From positions 20,150,001-20,214,000 of the forward strand of contig NC_135887.1 in NCBI RefSeq assembly GCF_964194155.1: a stretch of 64,000 nt of DNA. Reading direction: 5' to 3'. The notes beneath the pieces were generated by a model. The model worked only from the letters and a program-made list of their open reading frames with translations. It was not told the origin of the DNA and searched no databases. Shown here in pieces: positions 57,299 to 64,000 of this stretch (position 1 is its first letter; each line of letters begins with the position of its first letter). Position numbers and translations under genes: made by a program. Origin of the DNA: Cetorhinus maximus (Eukaryota).

Positions 57299-57652
57299 GG
57301 CAAAAGTTCCCAAGTTACCCACCTGCTCAGCATCTGCCAGTTTCCCTCCATCTCGCAACAGGGAAGAGAAAGCAAAGCTCTTTATTGTATGTCATGAAGG
57401 ACTTCAGTCTTTTTTGTTTTTCTAGTTCTGAATGTTTGGATCACAGCTGTCTAACTCATCCCTCACATTCCATGTTAATTAGATTGTGATTTTTCTTTTT
57501 TTTTGAAGGGGAATGGTTGTCGCATTTAAAGCTCTTGGTGCGAGCTCATGTCCTGCAATACAGTCTGTTTGTAAAGATTTGCACTCTAGTGAGACAATAC
57601 TTTGATGTAGTATCTCCCAACTGTGTGAGCAGCTTGTGGGCTGTATAAAAAA

Positions 57653-57658
57653 AATAAA
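57653..57658 (+). terminator. Candidate proximal poly(A) signal
   Basis: AATAAA within an A-rich run, 355 nt after the stop codon. Confidence 0.35.
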
Positions 57659-58092
57659 GCAGTAAATCTCATTGTATTCATAAAAGTTATGATAGAAGTT
57701 GAGTACAGGACTTGGCTGCTTATCTGATATGTTAAGCAACAAAAACACTAATCACAGTGCACCCAACACCATGATCTGAAAGTTGGAAATTTAGTTCTGT
57801 ATAAAAAAAATTGTTTGAAGGCATAAAAGTTCATCTGACTTATTGATTTAAAACTTGGACTCTTCCCAATCTATGCAGGCTCTTTAAAACCATGTAGAGG
57901 TTTTTAAAGTTTCTACTACAACTGTTCACTCCCTCGTGGTTAAGGATGGCCTCTTGTGCTAATATACAGTGCTGATGTGGGACCATTGTTTTGACAAACT
58001 CCCTGAACCCAGTCTGTGTTTCCAACCCTGTGCTAAGGTCTTGCATTTACTGGATATTGTGGTGTGTTAGGTCACTGTTTTTGAGTGTACAG

Positions 58093-58200
58093 AATAAAGA
58101 ATTAAACTGTCCTGTCAGTTTTGTGCAATTTGAAAGCAGATTGGAAATAAAAATAACAGGACTATGGATTTCTGCTGATTGTGTCCTTTTGTTTCGTTTT
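58093..58200 (+). terminator. Probable main polyadenylation region
   Basis: AATAAA 58093-58098, ATTAAA 58101-58106 and AATAAA 58146-58151, with TGTA upstream and a GT/T-rich tract at about 58178-58200. Confidence 0.6.
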
Positions 58201-58833
58201 ATCACTAGAATCATGACCCTTATTTGATAATGGAACAGGAAGAAAATGGAACTCCAGCTTAAAGTCCTAGTAAACAATTAAGATGTTCACATGGGACACT
58301 GGTGTCAGTTAAAGCTCTATTGAATTCAGTAACTTATGTGCCTGTATCTCAGTTAAATTATTTCTCAAGCAGTCTATAGGATAAGGAGGCTTGTACCTTG
58401 TATATGCTGTCTCCTAACTAAAACTTGGAAAAGTGTTGAGTTTAAACCTGCATCTGAGAAAATGCCCTCATGTAGATAGACATTCTGAACCAAATTTATG
58501 TTGCCACTAGTGCCATGTAGTTGCCCTAACTTTCCAGTTTATCTCAGCCAGCGTAGCTGCCTTCAAAAGATGCAGTTCCATGGCCAGTGGGTGCCTACCA
58601 TCCTTGAGCCCATTTCTTGTCCAGCAGAATTCAATTTGCATATAATCCTGTTCATGTGCACATTTGATGTGAAGAGTGGCAGGCCCGTCTTCCTTATCCC
58701 AGCCAGCTGAAGCTTGGGCATGACATTCCTGACACTGCACCTTTAGCCTTGTATCTTGGGTGGGACCATTCTTGTGCATGCATTAAATCTCAATTTTTCA
58801 TAGTCATTTTATAAGCAATATGAAATCTTGACT

Positions 58834-58900
58834 CAAAAAAACAAATGCTGGAAAAACTCAACAGGTCTAACAATTTGTGGAGAAAGAAGCAGTTAATGTT
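58834..58900 (-). mobile_element. Third, shorter copy of the Penelope-like fragment
   Basis: aaatgctggaaaaactcaacaggtct...agcagttaatgtt, matching 12300-12362. Confidence 0.6.
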
Positions 58901-59824
58901 CTATTGCTGCTTTTTGTCAATTGATATTAAAATCTGTAGTTGTGCCATAACACTGACTTAAGTATGCCAAACAAAACACTATCCTTTTCTGAGAACTTGA
59001 TAGACACCTGCCCTCAAGCTCCCATCCTGCTTGTGCTGGTTTGCTTCCCTTATTCTGCTCTGAATACTCTCCGCTCCTAACCTTGCCTGAATATTGTACC
59101 AAACTTGAGCTAAAATCTCCCCACTTCCTCTCCTATAACACTTCATCCAACTGGTAGCCTTCTCCTTTCATGCAGATAGCTCCCTATCCTCCTTCGCCCC
59201 AAGCTCTTGTTCGTAGGAAAATAATTTTGGGAAGCTAGTAAGTTGATTTTAAAAATTGAAAAGTGGTTGTTACACCTTTTCACAGTTAGTGGCTAGGGTA
59301 GATGACAGGCGGTGCATGTTTGTTTAGGAGTGATACTTGAAACTCAAAATATTTTGATTAGTCGGTGCTCCCTGATGGGGACTTGGCCCTGATCTGTTTT
59401 CACTTGTATCGTTATCTCAGTCAGTCTCATTATTAAACATTAATCTGATCAAGGAAAGAAACACCCTGTTTAATATTTCAGTGGCAAATGATTAATAATC
59501 TATCAAAAAACCACTGCAATGTGAACACAGCTGCTGAGCTCTTCCATGTGAAATGTGGGGGCTTGGGAACACTTGGTTGATTATATGAAGAGGAGCAAAA
59601 GCTGCTTTGCTTACTTTATTAAAATGCATTTGATAAACTCTAAAACTGATTACATAGTGGACATAAAATTTGATTTTTACTGGATTTCCACTACACACCT
59701 TTGTGCATCCTATGCCCAGCAATTAAACTCATGATTTGATAAAGTTGGGAGGAGGCTCAAGCGGAGTTATAAACTCTGACACGGATTGGTTGGGCTGAAA
59801 GGTGCAAAGAGTTTGTAATAAAAA

Positions 59825-60105
59825 ATAGAAACAGAAAATAGGAGCAGGGTAGGCCATGCAGCCCTTCGAGTCTGCTCCGCCATTCATTATGATCATAGCT
59901 GATCATCAAACTCAATAGCCTGCTCCTGCTTTCTCCCCATACCCTTTGATCCCAAGAGCTATATCTAACTCCTCCTTGAAAGCATACAATGTTTTGGCCT
60001 CAACTACTTGCTGTGGTAGTGAATTCCACAGACTCTCCACTCTCTGGGTGAAGAAATTTCTCATCTCAGTCCTAAATGGTCTGCCCTGTATCCTCAGATT
60101 GTGAC
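59825..60105 (-). mobile_element. CR1 3'-end fragment
   Basis: Close match to 62820-63085. Confidence 0.8.
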
Positions 60106-60214
60106 TTCGAAGTAGTTAGTGAGCATTCAGTGTATAATCATTGTCAGGCTTGCAGAAAATCCATTTCAATATTGTTTCCAATGGCTGAAGGGTTAATAAC
60201 TAGAGGGCACAAGG

Positions 60215-61070
60215 TGACAATGTTCATCATTCGTGACTCCTCAGATACTGAATATGTCTGTGCCCTTTTACAGCAAGACTTGGACAATAGACATGTTTGT
60301 GCTGATAAGTGACAAGGAACATTCATGCCACACAAGTGCCAGGCAATGACATTCTCCAACAAGAGAGAATCCAACCATCTCCTCATGACATTCAATGGCA
60401 TTACCATTTCTGATTTCTCCCATTATCAACATCCTGGGGATTACCATTGACCAGAAACTGAACTAGATCAGCCATATAAATACTGTGGTTACAAGAGCAT
60501 GTCAGAGGCTAGGAATTCTGTGGAGAAGAACTCACCTCCTGATTCCCCAAAGCCTGTTCACCATCCACAGGGCACAAGTCAGGGGTGTGTTGGAATACTC
60601 TCCACTTGCCTGGATGAGTGCAGCTCCAACAACACAAGAAGATCCACATCATTCACGACATAGCAGCCTGCTTGATTGGTATTCCATCCACCACCTTCCA
60701 ACATTCACTCCACCACTGATGCCCAGTGGCAGTAGCATGTACCATCTACAAGATGCTCTGTAGCAACCCACCAAGGCTCCTTTGACAGCACCTTTTCAAA
60801 CCTGTGATCTCTACCACCTAGAAAGACCAGGGCAGAACCACCTGCAAGTTCCCCTCTGAGCCACACATCATCCTGACTTGGAGCTATATCGCCATTCTTT
60901 CATTGTTGCCGGGTCAAAATCCTGGAACTCCCTACCTGCACTGAGTGTACCTATATCACCAGAGGTTCAAGAAGGCGGTTCACCACCACCTGCTCAATGG
61001 TAATTAGGGATGGGCAATAAATCCTGACCTAGCCAGTGACTCGCACACCCTGTGAAAAAACCAAGAAAAA
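60215..61070 (+). mobile_element. 3' part of LINE family B
   Basis: AQVRGVLEYSPLAWMSAAPT; tail gggatgggcaataaatcctgacctagccagtgac...aaaaa. Confidence 0.85.
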
Positions 61071-61354
61071 GTTGGGTTTGACATTCCCAGATAAAGTGGG
61101 GAGGAAACTTTGGCTCCAAATTCCTAAATCAAAATCCTAAATTCACGGCAGGTGAAATTAATGGGATTCCTGTGCCTTATATACAGTGCAGAAACAGGCC
61201 ATTCAGCCCAATTGGTCCATGCTTGTACTCCACAAAAACTACCTACCACCCCACATTCTAATCTCTCTCTAGGTAGGAAAGTTTCTCCTGAATTCGCTTT
61301 GGATTTATTAATAGCTATCTTTACATTTATGGCCCTTAGTTCTGGTTTTACCTG

Positions 61355-62228
61355 TGTTATGACACAGCAGTTGGTAAAGGCTGAGTTGTTTAAATCCCAG
61401 AGGGAAACTTGAGCAACTGTCAGCCTATATTTTCATTTGGTATGTTTGAGATGCAGCTCTGAATTCAGGAATAAAACCACCAAGCCTCAATAATCTTTTT
61501 ATATAAAACTAAATTAAACATTTATTAATTTAACAACAAATTAAACAAATACATGTTTACAAATTACAACCATAACTTTTAAACAGATCCCCAAATTAAT
61601 CACTCCCAGATAAAAATTCAGCAAGGCAACAATAACCCATAGACTTTAAACAGACAGCAGGCAAAGCACATTTGACCGTATGAATTCAAAATTAGGTCCC
61701 TTGCAATTTGTTTCCTTTGCTTACAGGCTGGTTAGATCTTACATGCCTCTGACTCACACACACAAACTCCTCTTGGTTTATACCTAGCTTCCCCTTTGAA
61801 TGTAAATTTTCCATTGTATTACTAGGTTTCCTAACAATCTTTTCATTCCACCAATTTTAGTAGTAATATAAACACATTTATATGGTTGATAGGTACTTGT
61901 TTGACCGGCGCAGACTCAATGGGTCAAAGGGCCTTTTTCTGTGCTGTAGACCTTTATGACTCTATTGCTTGGTGTCTCCCAGCTAGGTGCAAGATTTTAC
62001 CCATTCTTTTGAATGGTTTATTCAACAAATGCAAATTGCACTTTACCTTTTACTTCTTACGTTTATCTAATTAATATCTCAAACTACTATACATCAAAGC
62101 ACCCAGACGAGCTGGCTTTAATCCAATTACAACACACACACACACACACGCACATTGACACAGACCCTACTACAATTCCAATTTTAAAATAATTTCCAAT
62201 AACATTATAGACATTAATCTCCATGACA
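61355..62228 (-). mobile_element. Probable solo LTR (about 0.87 kb) inserted in a CR1 fragment
   Basis: Termini TGTTATG...CATGACA (6/7 inverted match, TG..CA); CR1-like sequence on both sides; no clear TSD. Confidence 0.55.
62132..62154. repeat. (CA)n microsatellite
   Basis: acacacacacacacacacgcaca. Confidence 0.85.
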
Positions 62229-62819
62229 CTCACAAATAGAAACAAGAACTTGTGGTAAAGAAACTATACAAGTACAATGTCCAAAGGTGCTTGACAGGAG
62301 CATCAGAAAGGCTAATTTGACAGTGAGCTACATAGGTAGATGTAAAAATGTCATCTTTTCAAACCCTTTCATATCTTGAAGATCTCTATCAGGTCACCTC
62401 ACAGTCTCTTTTTGTAGAGAATTCAATTGAAAAATGTTGGTTGAGGGTAGGACCGGGTTCTGTAGTAGTTCACTGATGCCTATCCACACTCATAGAATGA
62501 TCTCTTGGATATCAGGGGGTATTGGCACCTCCAGCAGATGAGCAAAGGGAGGCTTATTTGTCCTGGCTTTGGTAATTTTAATAGGCATAACCAATTATTA
62601 TTCTGTGAATTCACTAAGATCTGTAAAGGCTACTGAGGATGTATCCTTTTCCTTTACTGTGATGTGATGATGTGACTCTTGCAACTATTGTGACACCCAA
62701 CTCACTTTTCCCTCGGTTGCAAATGCTGAGTCATAAATTGGGATTACTTATGCAGCTAGTAAGCATAGGCTTTCAAACACAGAAATTATTCTTAAGGGCT
62801 GGGTGCTGCAGTGCTTTAA

Positions 62820-64000
62820 CATAGAAAATAGGAGCAGGATAGGTCATTTGGCCCTTCAAGCCTGCTCCGCCATTCAATATCCTGATCCTCTATCTCAACG
62901 CCGTACTCCTGCTCTCTCCCTTTGATGCCTTTAAAGCCTGGAAATCTATTTCCTTCTTAAATATATTCAGTGACTTGGCCTCCACAGTCTTCTGTGGCAG
63001 AGAATTCCACAGTTCACTACCCTTTGAAGAAGTTTCTCCTCATCTCAGTCCTAAATGATCTACCCCATATCCTGAGACTGTGACCCCTTGTCCTAGACTC
63101 TGCAGCCAGAGGAAACATCATCCCTGTATACAGTCTGTCCTGCCCTGTTAGAATTTTGTATGTTTCAATGAGATCCCTCTTCATTCTTCTAAACTCTAGT
63201 GAATACAGGCCTAGTCGACCCAATCTCTCCTCATATGACAATCCTGCAATCCCAGGAATCAGCCTGTTGAACCTTTGCTACACTCCCTCTATGGCAAGTA
63301 TATCCTTTCTTAGGTAAGGAGACCAAAACTGCACACAATACTCCAGGTGTGGTCTCACCAACGCCCTGTACAGCTTCAGTAAGACATCCTTGCTCCTGTT
63401 CTCAAGTCCTCTCTCAATGAAGGCCAACATACTATTTGGCGCCTTAACTGCACCTGCATGCTTGCTTTCAGTAATTGGTGTACAAAGACTCCCAGGTCCC
63501 TTTGTACGTCAACATTTCCAAACCTATCGCCATTTAAATAATGCTCTGCCATTGTGTTTTTCCTATCGAAGTGGACAACTTCACACTTATTCACTTTATA
63601 CTGCATCTGCCATGTATTTGCCCACTCACTACTTGTCTAAATCTATTTGAAGCCTCTTAACATCATCCTCACCACTCTCATTCCCACCAAGTTTCATGTT
63701 GTCAGCAAACTTGGAAATATTACATTTGGTTCCGTCATCCAAATCATTGATATATATTGTGAATAGCTGGGGCCCAAGAACTAATCCCTGCAGTACCCTA
63801 CTAGTCACTGCCTGCCACTCTGAAAATAACCCATTTATTCCTACTATTTGTTTCCTGTCTGCTAACCAGTTCTCAATCCATGCCAATATATTACCCCCAA
63901 TCCCATGTGCTTTAATTTTACTCACTAACCTCTTATGCGAGACTTTATCAAAAGCTTTCTGAAACTCCAAATACATCACATCCACTGGTTCCCCCTTATC
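62820..64000 (-). mobile_element. CR1 LINE, RT and 3' end (runs off the window)
   Basis: YLEFQKAFDKVSH...VLQGLVLGPQLFTIYINDLD...KFADNMK; SYEERLGRLGLYSLEFRRMKRDLIETYKIL. Confidence 0.93.

Noticed and set aside
63629-63985. Reverse transcriptase ORF as an active or domesticated gene
   Set aside because: The catalytic FADD reads FADN, the PQG motif is altered, and downstream frames are broken; it is a dead CR1.

Overview
This is vertebrate genomic DNA, most likely from a cartilaginous fish (inferred from Deu-domain tRNA SINEs and abundant CR1 and Penelope-type relics). It carries a clathrin heavy chain gene on the + strand, most likely CLTC/CHC17. All 31 constitutive coding exons from exon 2 to the last exon were traced by hand (6982-57298). 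All introns are GT-AG, the frame is continuous, and exon lengths match the human gene as I recall it, except that the last exon is one codon shorter. Exon 1 is not in the window. The best candidates for something new are two in-frame microexons. One is a 3-nt exon (ATG, 9642-9644) in intron 2 that would insert one Asp beside the clathrin-box binding groove of the N-terminal propeller; it has a neural-type splicing signature and a palindrome cluster just upstream. The other is a 21-nt exon (50756-50776, VDEIKKK) matching the mammalian muscle 'exon 31'. The introns also hold decayed minimal hammerhead-ribozyme motifs in Penelope-like repeats, nested LINE/LTR insertions and a possible intronic poly(A) site that would remove the QLMLT tail. 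Repeat boundaries are approximate, and comparisons with human proteins come from memory and need an alignment.
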